Origin: Paraphysomonas bandaiensis
Lineage: Eukaryota; Protista; Chrysophyceae
NCBI GenBank assembly: GCA_965644295.1
Contig: CBFFRP010000182.1
Coordinates: 248,001 to 312,000 of the forward strand
DNA length: 64,000 nucleotides
Reading direction: 5' to 3'
A program made the position numbers and the translations under genes. Below, piece by piece: positions 47,421-59,767 of the stretch. Positions within the stretch are counted from its first letter, which is position 1. Each line of letters begins with the position of its first letter. The notes below the pieces were generated by a model, which was not told where the DNA came from, did not search any database, and saw only the letters and a program-made list of their open reading frames with translations.

Positions 47421-48259
47421 TTGATTTATATATATTGTGAACTTACTTTAACAGAAACATTATTGATGGAATTTTTGGTCGGTCCACCAATCAATATATT
47501 GTTCCCTATACCTGGACTACTGGCAGGTTTCAAAGTGGTTATTAAAATGATCTTAATTTATCAACTCAGTAACTGGTAAAGTTATCAATCACCAAACATC
47601 CAGTAATTTTTACTTGTGTAAGATATTACTATATGCATGAGGAGATGAGGAGTAGTATAGCTTCGTTGCTGGTTTAGTATTTAGTATACATATATACACT
47701 CTCATTAACACCAGCACCTTTCTTTGTTATATATATATTTATCACTACTGAAGTTGATAATCATAGTTGAGAATTATTAACATTAATATGGACTGACTTC
47801 TATATTTTGACTTCAATCTAGTTTCCTGGTTCCTATCTTCTATCTTATATTCTAAGTTCAACTGAGCAACTTAGTCATTGAAAGCTTCTCTGTACATAAT
47901 GGACAGTGTCGTATTGGGAAACGATTTATCAATTCTGATGGATCCTTACTGAAAGTAGTAATATTCTCGTAGGTTAGAATACGAATGGAAGTATTAGAAT
48001 GGGTGGTTTCTACATACAGTAAAGGCTGCTTACAATAAATTGAAGTATACTGTGATGAACACTGTGAGTCAGTATGTATGTATACTCTTCGCCTTGAATC
48101 TAGTGAAGAGGAAAAGAGGAAAATATACAAGGGATACATTTGAAGGCAACATGATGCTGTGGTGAAGCTCTTGTTATTTACGAGCAATATACCCCCGTCT
48201 CTATAGTCTAGGTGATAAATTGGCAATATAAACTACCATAAAAATAATTTCCCATAACC

Positions 48260-48760
48260 TCATTCATTCTTTGTACGACTGTCTGCATCTGTATGCTTTG
48301 AGGGATCTTTTTCTTTGTTCTCGTCTACTAGTTTTATATATGACCTGCCATCTTCATTCCGCGCCCAGTGACCAATCAGGATTGGCTGCGAATTGCTATT
48401 TAAAGCAGCAATGTAGCTGTCATGGTCATAGACCTCGTCGCTGTTCTCGCGTCTGGCGTACTTCTTTCCGTAGTATATGATATCTGTGGCTTTCCACTTG
48501 ATTCTGTCTTTATACAGCTGGTCCTTCATTTCTGTGTCAAACAGTTAAACAAGTCTCAATCTAATGCTGTTTGCTGCACCTTCCAGTTTTTTCTTTTTAT
48601 GAACTTGATACAAAACCAATCCAACGAAGGCAATAACGGATGGTACAATTAAAACAGGGGCAATAAAGTACAGTGATCGTCTCTGTAGATGCATCTGTGT
48701 GGTGCTGCGTGCTATTCCAAGCTGCTGTAACGTCCGACGACGCAAATGACCAAGTGACAT
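48260..48760 (-). CDS. Small two-exon protein: presequence-like N-terminus, one TM helix, and a C-terminal domain of possible giant-virus affinity
   Basis: A 48-nt GT..CAG intron (48579-48532, branch-like TTTAAC) joins ORF 48545..48760 in frame to ORF 48260..48529 (..KKKLE-E-MKDQLY..). Confidence 0.6.
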
Positions 48761-49950
48761 GATACTTTTAACAGATCAAACTTCAGATATTACAACTAAA
48801 TACAGAGGAGCACTAGAGGAGCGATGTATTGATAATGCACTAGAGGAGCGATCGATGTATGGAGAGTGCAATTGTTCTGCTTGCTTGTTGAGTTTGGAAA
48901 AAGTCGAGTTTTGTTGCAATTCTCGAGTTTTTAGTTTTTTTTTTAGTCATTTTCACATGTATTCCACACACTTTCATAGTTTAAGGTCCCCTCCATGCAT
49001 ATGTCAATCATATGCTCCAACATTGAGACATACCACATTAACACACTGGGTTACCAATAGAACATGCTATTCTGGAAGTGTGGAGTCCACCTTCTACAAG
49101 TTTTGGTGGAAATTTGCTTGTGAGACTGCAATTGTTATCCTGCATCAAAATTCACAGTTTATAGAGAGCTCCTGAACTCACTGTGAGGTACATAGCAGAG
49201 ACCAGTTGCTGAAAACAATGTTGTGATTGCAAAGATGAGATTATGAGTTCTGATTCTGGATTCATTGATAAACGGTCAAGAAATATGCACAGGTCACTGT
49301 AGGAGGACCTCTCCCTAATTGTGCCTTCCTTGTTGCACTTAATGTTCCCACATGTCCCCAAATTCAAAGAATCGTATTATTCTTAATATTTGAGTGATAT
49401 GAAATCATGATATTGACATTCACCTCTTATTTTGTTGGAATTATGTGCATTCATTGACTGTGCTCTATATGCGGTATTGACACACATGGTCCCAAACCCC
49501 TTCCAACCACGGGTGTAGTTGTCCTATTTTGCAGTGAATTTAACCTCAATGACTGTTTATGATATATTATAATGGTTTGATTCATGTAAGTATGCTTTGA
49601 TGACATATTAAGGCCATATTGGATGAGTTGCTACTTTGCAAAGCAATATAGTTCGCACTTATGTCACTTGTGACGCAATGCGTATGATATGATATCAACC
49701 CCACCCAATCAAATTGGATGTTTATAGTGAGTTATTATAGTAAATAATTTAACTTCATTTTCTTGTTCAGGTTATTATGTCTTTCGCTTTTGGTCTGGAA
49801 ATGCGATTATATGTAGATAACTTATGTGAGTTGTGACCGTATAAAAATGACAGACTACATTTATAGCGACATGTAGGATGCGTAACCCCTTTATTATTCA
49901 TCCTTAGATATCGTGCCTTCATTATATGTGCAACAAGCTTCATGCGATTT

Positions 49951-51054
49951 TATCAGAAGTTGACATTATTTGCTAAGGTTTACTGTTCTCAAATGATTAG
50001 ATGAAATTATAAACATTACATGATAAAGAACCTAAGTTGTGTTCGATGTGTTCAACACCATTCATTTACTACTATAGTGTACAAACCACACACTCAGTGA
50101 TCGTATCCTGTATAGTCACCCATTTCTACTTCAGTTTCATACTACACAATATAATGTACTAATTACATATATATCTTTCGATCCTTGCATCTCACATAAT
50201 ACTGCACTCAATTGCAAGTATATAGAATCTTCAGATCTCAACACTCCCCCTCAATTGAGTGTTGTACCATGACGCCTCCTAGCTATTGAATGCCTGAGAT
50301 AAAAATTCTGGACAGTAAAATAGACTCATCTCTAAGTCTAAACCTCTGTCTTAAAAAACTCAGTACCTACTTGCGTCTTCTATATCTCTTGGTCCCTCAT
50401 TAATCACTTCAGTGGAACTCTTAATTTTCTCTCCAAGATTTCTCTTTCTCTGCTCCATATATGATAAACCAACTAATGACTTTGTATAAATATCTGCTGC
50501 TTGTTGCGATGTATGCACATGCACTAACTTAATCGTATTGAACTGATTGGGATCCACGTGCTCTCTCACCATGTGATACTTAATCTCAATGTGCTTCGAC
50601 TTCTTGTGAAACACTGGGTTTTCGGCCAAATCCTGGGCACTCTGACTGTCGATGAAGAATGGTGTGGGTTTGATGAGCCTCAACTTAATCTCACCCGTCA
50701 CCCCCCGAACCCACAGCACTTCTTGGAGACCCGAGTATACACTGATACTCAGACTGCATGCTTGACGTTGCCACTGTCGTCTGCAGTTAGGACTGCCAGA
50801 CTATAGGCCCTCCCGCTGCAAACCCAACGTACCCCGACGTGGACTTCCTGGACAGCTGGTCTCCCGCCCAATCTGCGTCAGTAAACATATGGAAGTCGAA
50901 CCGTCTACTCCCATATTGAATCCCTTTGTCAATAGAACCACGAATATATTGCCATACGTGTGTTAATAGCTTGCATACTTCAATATTCACCTTATTACTG
51001 AACCGAGACAGTACTCCCACTACATAGGCAATATCCGGCCTCGTGTTCATCGAT
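49951..51054 (-). mobile_element. 5'-truncated, diverged copy of copia family 1 (RT end, RNase H, PPT, 3' LTR)
   Basis: LTR 49951-50243 (reverse complement, a few substitutions), PPT 50244-50254. Frameshifted peptides are near-identical to 7860-8552. Confidence 0.95.
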
Positions 51055-51217
51055 TAACGTAGAGCTCGAAGTAAAATAAGAACATAATCAGCACTATTTA
51101 AATGGAGTTTTGCATATGATAAATCGGCTGAGCGTTGTGCTTCCTCATCACCCTCGTTTTAATCTCCGCCATATGAACAGGCAAATAACAAAACTAGCAC
51201 GAGTGCTAGTATTATTA

Positions 51218-51563
51218 CAAAGTCTTCGTCTTTGAAGACGACACATAAAGCAACGCCCACAGCGAGGACGAAAGCTTCCATAACAACTCGTCTATTTGAA
51301 GACTATCAGTTGAACACATGAGTACAATCTACATATTATCAGAAGTGATATGCATACCTCCGATAAAACTGAGCTCTGGCGGCGTTCTCATCAGCTCTGG
51401 CGGCGTTCGCATCAGCTCTGGCGGCGTTCGTATCAGCTCTGGCGTTAGCTTCTTCTAGAGCTCCACGTAATGCACGCACCTCAGCAGCTGGGAGGATAAC
51501 AACAGGGGCCTCTCCATCCTCATCGACAGGATCGGCTATGGGTAGAGGTATGATCTGTGCCAT
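51218..51563 (-). other. Small gene or pseudogene fragment with a 21-bp coding repeat (NAARAD) coiled coil
   Basis: ORF MAQIIPLPIADP...NARADTNAARADANAARADENAARAQFYR, tandem TCAGCTCTGGCGGCGTTC units, and a plausible GT-AG intron after 'FYR'. Lies next to the truncated copia. Confidence 0.4.
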
Positions 51564-52590
51564 TGAAGCGAGTGCTGCTACATCATACAACTCCAATCAT
51601 ATGCTTGGGTTCATCTACATATACATACATAGAAATATAAAAGTCTTCTGATCTGAGCACGACTTCCACTTCAATTGTTTCTGTTCGTTTCTAGTACAAA
51701 ACAAATATCAAACAGTATCTTTAATGGGCACTTCGTTTTCAGGTTTTCTAAATGATCGAAAGTATGGTATCTATTTACACAACCTAAACTAAAAACTCCT
51801 CTGGTTTTTCACTCAAAAAGTCACAAAACTACACATTTTCAAGAAAATAATGGCAGATGTCTGATAGCTCCACAATACAGAATATGATGCGATAGTTCTT
51901 GTAGTAAAGAGGAACGCAGGCTGTGATATGATCATAACCTCACTGGGAATACATGAGCTCATAGTTCTTTCATGCCACATGCTGCTGGTTGTTGATTTAG
52001 CTGGTGAAAGGTATGGTTAAGTGGCAATCATACAGGAGAGTTGGTCTATTTCAAAGACAGAGATAGCAGAGTTGATTCCATGACCATAACACCAGAGGGC
52101 TCTCAGGTAATACGATCGGATGATATTGTAAAGTATTCAATTTAGTGGTTCGAAACAGAGCATATGAATATACGCATACTGCAGAGCTGATCATCAGAGA
52201 CTCACATAAGAATCACTCCACTTGAGTGTCATTCTCCTCTCTGATTTGAAGGTATATACTACGATGACTGTATCATTTATAGATACTTTCTCATAGTGTT
52301 CTGTGTGTATTGATGTATATGACAATACTGTGTTGGAGCATGTCAATCATTGTTGACGTGCAGCATACTCTGCGGAGCCGCATGAACACGATTGTCATGT
52401 AACACCAGCGGAGTCTTCGGGTAACGTTCTTGAAATATGTTGTAACTCCACTGATTTTATCCCCAAGGGTGAAACAATCGGTACACTGCGAGATAATGTA
52501 TGTATGAGTTTTTTACTTTTAATGTATGCTACATATTACACGAGGTTGTTACTGTGGCGGATCTACCTTCGGAATTATAGGGGTGGAGGG

Positions 52591-53431
52591 TGCCCCATAT
52601 TGACAGCGTAACTAATCACCGCGTTTGACCGTCTTGTGTGTGCTGGTGAGTAGGGTTGCGACCGCGTACCTCTGCCTATGTACACATTGCTTAGTTCAGC
52701 GCTTCCCCACCCGGGTTCTCATTGCATATTCAGCGCTAAATATAATGATGTAGCTAGTTGGTTTCAGTAGGTAGATAGTAAATAACATATGGGACTTAAT
52801 CAATAATCAAGTATTAGTTAAACCCCCACCCGGCTCTACCTATATTGAAAGTCTTATTATTTATTTAGCAATAGGCGTTAAAAATCTGTACCAATGTAGT
52901 GGCTAGTTGAATGCTAGACAGACTATTTAGAGTTTAGACCTATACCCATAACTAATCAGTACAAACTCTATTATCCTACTATTTAGCAATAAATAAGCTG
53001 CTTGTGCGTCGCCACAAGCACCAAGGTGCAACCACTTCTGTTCTTAATGTTCTCATTGCATATTCAGCGCTAAATATAATGATGTAGCTAGTTGGTTTCA
53101 GTAGGTAGATAGTAAATAACATATGGGACTTAATCAATAATCAAGTATTAGTTAAACCCCCACCCGGCTCTACCTATATTGAAAGTCTTATTATTTATTT
53201 AGCAATAGGCGTTAAAAATCTGTACCAATGTAGTGGCTAGTTGAATGCTAGACAGACTATTTAGAGTTTAGACCTATACCCATAACTAATCAGTACAAAC
53301 TCTATTATCCTACTATTTAGCAATAAATAAGCTGCTTGTGCGTCGCCACAAGCACCAAGGTGCGACCACTTCCGTTCTTAATGTTGATTGTGAGGTTCGC
53401 CTCTACCTAAGTACGCGCTCAGAATAGAGCA
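52591..53431. mobile_element. MITE (family of 17076-17359) interrupted by an insertion and a 334-bp tandem duplication (52715-53385)
   Basis: Duplicated units start at 52715 and 53049. The insertion is bounded by CTCTACCTA on both sides and resembles the reverse complement of ~12478-12625. Confidence 0.7.
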
Positions 53432-54540
53432 AGACTATGTTTTCACGAATGTTGAAGTCTCCATAGTATGTCATACCAGCATAGATTTTTTATTCATCAG
53501 CTATATGATGACTCTATGTGTGGTATACAATGTTGACGTTCACAATGTGCTCCGTAGAGTACGCTGGACTAAGACTCCAATTACTCCGCCAATACTACCA
53601 CTTAAGGAATTGATTCATCAACAGTTCTATTATCAAGTATACTGCATTTGTTCCCGTCAAATTAGTAAATAAGTTTTCCACATTTCCTTCAAGTCCAACA
53701 TGCGGTTCCAAAGAATTCCTTTGGGAAATACACAATGATATCATTTTAGAAACATCGTTACGACGCAAACATAGTAGATTACTAAAATTTCAAACACTTT
53801 GCAAATAAATTTATGCGAAAATAAATTTATGCGAAGCAAGAATACATGGCAAAGCCAATCTAAACCACTCACAGTACAACTATATGAAACCAGTCAGCAT
53901 GTCTTCCTATATTAGTGCCATCGAAGTGAGATAGCAAAGCCCGCATCTCTACTCGGTGTACCTGTAGCTGCTCTGCCAAAATATTGATCTCCATCTACTC
54001 CATCAAACATGTATCGACTCTGAATATGACCTAAATGTATCGACTCCATCTAGCTTTCATCTATATATTTAGTATTTAGGTCACTTAGAACACCAGGGTC
54101 ATTGGTTAATTCGGTTATTAAGTTATTTTACACAAAGATATAATAGCTAATCTCTGCATGAATGCACTCCTGTTTCTGCAGGTACTCTCTGTCAATCTCA
54201 TCTCAAAATTCACCCTGTTCTCTAATATTTATTGTGGTTGTTATTTGTGTTACTCTTGCAGTAGATATACAGCTTATGGTTTGTATGGCAATAACTACTG
54301 AGAATGGACGATGAATATAAAGCATATATCATGGGTAAAGGTCTCACGTAGCCGCTCCTTATTCTATATGTATTGTACACTATAACATCTTCTCAACTAT
54401 GAAATATCTGTCATATGTCATACTCCTACCGCTTTCTACATTGAGACATATGTATATATGTATTAGCATGCAGCATTAGTCATATTCAGACTTCGTACTG
54501 TTTCAGAATTCAGATGAAAGGGGATTGTACTGTGATGCTC

Positions 54541-56010
54541 CCAATAAAATGGACGCGCTCGCATCCCAAACGTAGAACACAAGAGATCAACGCAACTGGA
54601 CCTACACTGACCACGGCATTTATATAGCTGACGCCGCCGCCAGCGGCGCTTGGAAGACACTAGACAGAGTGCTCGGAGCCTCCAACTACAGCGTTGTCAC
54701 AACTGACGCCACGCACATACTGGAAGAATTCTTCACCACGGGTCAATGGCACAGGCGAAGATACGATACACACCTCCTCACAGACCTCGGTTCCATGCTA
54801 GGAGACGTTACAGAACTCCACCACCAGTGGGACCTCCATCAATACACCCTCCGACGAGATAGCATGTATGCTGCACAAACGCAGCGAGACCGGCAGTATT
54901 GGACACGTAGCGGAACAAGGCTCCCACACAAGCTCCATCCCCTCCGTACCCAAAACTCCTCCAAACACTACATCCCCCTCGCAGAGCGTATACGCGAGAC
55001 GGCATACGTATGGGACAAATCCTTTGCAATGGGAAGAAACCGAGCCAAAGGAAAATCCGGACATGATCGCACAACGGCTTCCACATGCACAGATTGTGCA
55101 CACCCCACAGACAACGTGGCGCACATGCTTCTCACCTGCACTCACCCTGACATCATTCACATACGTGAAGATGTCCACCAAGCACACCACAATAAGCTTG
55201 ACAAACTTCGCACACGCACGCTCCCCCATCCCTGGTTTTACACCGCCATAACCAAACTCTAGCCAAAGCCGCATGGAACCCAACCACCCCCCAGGTTGAG
55301 CGCTACTGGACCGGCCACATTACTGCCACACAATTGGCCGACGCATTCGGACGCCACATATCCAGCTCACTGCTCGAACATCAATTCTACGCCCTCGAAA
55401 AATCCATCGCCTCTATCCTACTCCCCCTATATGATGGAGGGCTCCGCATGCTTCGCAATAGGGGACTCAGACACCACAACGCAGACACGGCAGCGACACC
55501 GGTCCCGACACACTCACAGCAACGCCAGTCCCATGATGCATGATGCTCACCCGACGCCAAAAATACTCCAGCTACTCCAGGCGACATCCATCCCAAGAAC
55601 TACACCCTCTGCAAGAGTCCAGACCCGACAGAGGCTAGCACAATCACTCCGGAAACAACTCCTCCTTACTTGTGGCCGAAACCCCACCTCAACAACCAGC
55701 ACCATCTCCACCACCGACTTACACTCTCATATACATCTCGCCTCACCCACCCCCCACATAATCCATGGCACAGGCCCGCCAGACACATTGCTCAAAGGTA
55801 GACCCCCGACTAACCTCAATACAAGGGACGGTTGCACCATGGTGCTCGCAGCGATGCACAAGCAGTCCCGAGACGGTTGCCCGCCACTAGTAGTATATAG
55901 CAAATCTAGTTATTAGTTAGTCTATAGACATAACCTAGTTTCTGTACACAACCGTACTCATGTAATAATCAGACTTTCCTATATATTGTACTGTGATGTT
56001 CTTAGGATAT
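54541..56010 (+). mobile_element. 5'-truncated, frameshifted non-LTR retrotransposon (LINE) 3' fragment with RNase H end and CCHC finger
   Basis: A/C-rich strand. IKWTRSHP...GIYIADAAA (RNase H C-terminal motifs, across a frameshift), CTDCAHPTDNVAHMLLTC (CX2C..H...C), ERYWTG in a shifted frame. Boundaries are approximate. Confidence 0.75.
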
Positions 56011-56177
56011 AGGGAATAAAACGTAAGTGCAGTGAGAAAATATATTTCGCGTATTACAATAACGTAAAAAATTAATGCTGTTAAGCATTTCCAACCCACC
56101 TTACAAGTGTGATCATGTATACAATTACAAAGGCGCTACCTATTATTACGCAAATATGCTATTACTTCTGCATTTAA

Positions 56178-57320
56178 TTATTTCTGTCTTGGTTTGAATG
56201 AGCCTTTTGGCTGTCCGGTTTCAAAGTCACATATTGTAGGGCGCCCCTTGACAGCAATCCCTTCGCTCGAAAGACTCTTCTTTACGGCTATCTCAGCGGA
56301 TTCTTCACTCTTGAAGTCCACGTACCCGAATCCTTTCAGCTGATTAGTATGTCCCCACACTGCCAAACGCACCTAACAATAGTCAGTAGGGTCAATATTG
56401 GCAAATCTAATGTCTGGTAAAGTTAAGTGAGCAATACCTTGGCTATCTTCCCACAGAACATGAATGCCTTCGTCACATCTTCCTCCTCACAGTCATAGGG
56501 TAAGTTTTTTACGAAGATAGTGCGGCATCCTGGTGGGCGAGTTGTATGTGCAGCGCCCTTCTGTTGCTGCTGGAGAAGTCGAGGTGTCATTGGTCGGTCA
56601 ACCTTGATAAATCTTTTTCCCATGTAAGATCCTGTGGAGTATTACCATTACCAGTGTATCAAGTGTCACTAGCTACAATAAACAACTACTTTGCGTTCCT
56701 CGTACCATTCATATCCATTGCCCGTTGTGCACTTTCTTCGTCAGCAAACTCAACGTGGCCGTACCCTCTCAACCTTCCTGAGTCATGCCATCGAGGGAGT
56801 CTATCCAAAACACACTATCATGCCAGATGTATATGAAACAATTAAATAAACACACCTCAACGACTGAATGGGGCCTGCAGATTCGAAGAACTTGGATATG
56901 TCAGACTCTGCGGCATCAAACGGCAATCCTTCTATGTACACTGTGCAACTATTCGTAAACCTGCATATGCAGTATTAACTATAACATAACCCAGGTGCTT
57001 CATTCAAACCTATTTGCAGCACTACTGCTGGGCTCACTTGAAGGAGCGGGGGTATCCACTTTCAACTCTTTATCGTCTGTTGACACTGCGGCTGCTTTTC
57101 TCTTTCTGACTCTTTTCCTTTTTACAACTTTCTCTATACCCTGATCATTATCATGGTCTACTTCTGCTTCATTGTTACATTCATTAACATTTCCGTGTTT
57201 CACATGTTCATCAATAGTTTCATGGTCAATATTCTCTGTATCTGAGGTGCTCTTAGTAGCATCAGAGGATGGTGTACTGGATGCTATCTTTCTTAACTTT
57301 GATATTGATTTCTTTCCCAT
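56178..57320 (-). CDS. Two-RRM RNA-binding protein with Lys-rich N-terminus (nucleolin/NSR1-like), multi-exon
   Basis: RNP2 VYIEGL / IFVKNL and RNP1 RGYGHVEF / KGFGYVDF across short introns. Confidence 0.85.
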
Positions 57321-57902
57321 TATCTTTTAATAATGTGTTCTATAAACTATCAAGAATGATATAATAATATTTAATAAGAAGATAAATGAGAGGTATATGT
57401 ATATATTAGTGTGGTGTTCTAGTTATAGTTTAATGGGAGTCTATTGAGTGGTCTCACTCCTGTCCATTACATACAATACATCTATACAGTGGTATACCAG
57501 GTATACCATATCCCATATACTACATACATATACAGCAGTGTATACTAACTACGTCGTATATAGAGTTCGTACAGGCAGCAGTGGAGTATATTGTAGTCAG
57601 GACCTAAATACTAGAGATTTCCTGCAGTTTCATGCAGTTTTTGTCTCCACATAACAAGAAAATTGTCTACTAATTTTGAGAAATCTCTAAAAATCATGGA
57701 TTTTTATAACTCTATCTTGTATGTGTACATACAGCAGCATGTGTACATGTGGAACGTTACTCTATTGCTCAGTGCATTAATTAAAATCCATTCCACTTCC
57801 ATATACATAATATGCAATAATATACCTTTGTGCATTAACCATATCAGTTGTTTTTGCCTTTAAGTTACTGTCTTCATTCTATCGTACATTAGTGCTGTAA
57901 CT

Positions 57903-58438
57903 ATGAAGCGGTATATGAGAAAAATACAAGTCGATATCGATCCCTATGAAGGTATTGGTGGTCAATTTATGCACCTTCTTCTTACAGTTTGGTAGCTGTT
58001 CATCAGGGTGATATTCGGAGGTTAAAAATAGCTATGGGAAATGAAGACTTTTCTATCAACTCTACGCGATGGAGTGGTTGGTCTCTTTTACACAGAGCTG
58101 CAGAATTTGGAATGACGGATATCTGCATTCTGCTACTTGAAAATGGAGCAAATGTAAACCAGCGCTCAACATGGGGATGGCACACACCTCTTCATTTAGC
58201 ACTGGCTAATGGGTGGCTTGAAACTGCACTTGTTCTCTCTGATTATGGAGCTAATCAGTACGCCAAGAATAAATACAAGGTCAATCCGGGTGCATATGCT
58301 ACCCAAAAAGGGTATAGTACGGTAGTACGAGAGTTTAATGCTGAAATTTTGAGACGCGAAATTGCTCAAGGTCATTATAATAATGGCACCAAGGCAAAGA
58401 AAACTAGCGACTCACGACAGATCCAAGATAGCAAGTGA
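57903..58438 (+). CDS. Small ankyrin-repeat protein (two exons)
   Basis: ATG 57903; 44-nt intron 57952-57995 gives DPYEAVHQGD. GWSLLHRAAEFG...LLENGANVN and WHTPLHLALANG are ankyrin consensus. Confidence 0.88.
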
Positions 58439-58685
58439 TTCAATACACTGTAGTTGTTTTAGTGTTCTAGTTAATGTAAATACTTAAGTACTTGAATGTA
58501 CGCGCTGTAGCATTAGTATTGCGTTAATTCCTCTCCTGTGTGGTGAGGCAATGGGCGTTAATAATTGTCAATAAAATCTTCTAGCACAGGCTTAATCTAG
58601 CCGATAGCAAGTATGAGAGTATGAGTGCCATGTATATTCAATATACCGTTCGTGTGCAATTACAATATTCGTAGATTGAGTGTAT

Positions 58686-58775
58686 CAGGGCCTGGTAACC
58701 GTTAATGATAATGGCATTAATAACCATCAATGGTAATGCCATTAAAATTGCCGGGAACTGCACTACCATTAATGG
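58686..58775. repeat. hAT-like terminal sequence CAGGGCCTGGTAACCGTTAATG; same end at 16437-16459, related subterminal sequence at ~9620-9662
   Basis: Direct sequence match between the sites. The CAGGG start is typical of hAT TIRs. Confidence 0.55.
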
Positions 58776-59767
58776 TTTATGGCATCCCATTGATGACATA
58801 ACCTGCTATATATAGAACTGAGTGTTATGGAGATAATGTAGTATCTACTCTATACTCCGACAAAACTCTAAAACATATTAGACAGCAATGTTCATGCAAC
58901 TCTACAGGTACTTTGTGGCAACTTTGTTCACTATCTTCTCTATCAATAAAGAATTGATCTTTATAATAGTAAAACAATGTTGTGATTATTAGAGTGTAAG
59001 TAATGAACACGATAGAGTGAAAATTATGAATAACAATATAGAACGTACTATCATGCACAACGGAATAGTTAGAAGTGTAACTGATAATGACGACGTTATG
59101 ATGACGATCACGTATCTTCGACAGATACTCTCTCTAATTCAGTTCATGGTGTATTTCATTGAACATTATAACTCACAGATACAATCATGTATTAAGCTGA
59201 ATCCTAATATGCTCTCTAACGTTAGAAAATAGTTTCCTGAGCAATATCCATTGCAACATACAATTTCCCCCAAGGTTGAAAGAAGCTATAACACAAAACT
59301 AAGCAAAGTCAGTACACCATACATTAAGCAACGATGATGGCAGTGTAATTTACAGAGTCTTCTTCCGAGTAGATCAGAGAATCCTCTGCTCTGTATCATA
59401 TTTGTTCATTGTGCAATGATCGCCTTAAACAAGATATAATTCGAGATTACACGGCTTCTGTGAATCATACAACCAAGAAGGGCACCAAACGCGCGGCTTT
59501 TTCTTGGCGAGAGGAACTCGAGAATTTTGGGAAATGAAAGACTTCAAGGAGCTGATTTATTGTCTTTTATAAGAAATAAAGTATCTCCTTACTCCAGATT
59601 CTTACTCCAGAAACCTAACTTTTGAAAGCTGAAACCTGAAACTATATTTAACGCAACTTGAAAAATTACAGAGTGTTACGCTCGCCTTAGAAAAAGATGG
59701 AACCAATTTGTACCAAGAAATAAGATTTAAGGTTAGTCTTAATATTTAGTAAGAATATACTTGATAT

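Noticed and set aside
54669-55262. Cys-containing ORF as Fanzor/TnpB
   Set aside because: No RuvC motifs; the CX2C..H...C pattern and context fit a LINE C-terminus.
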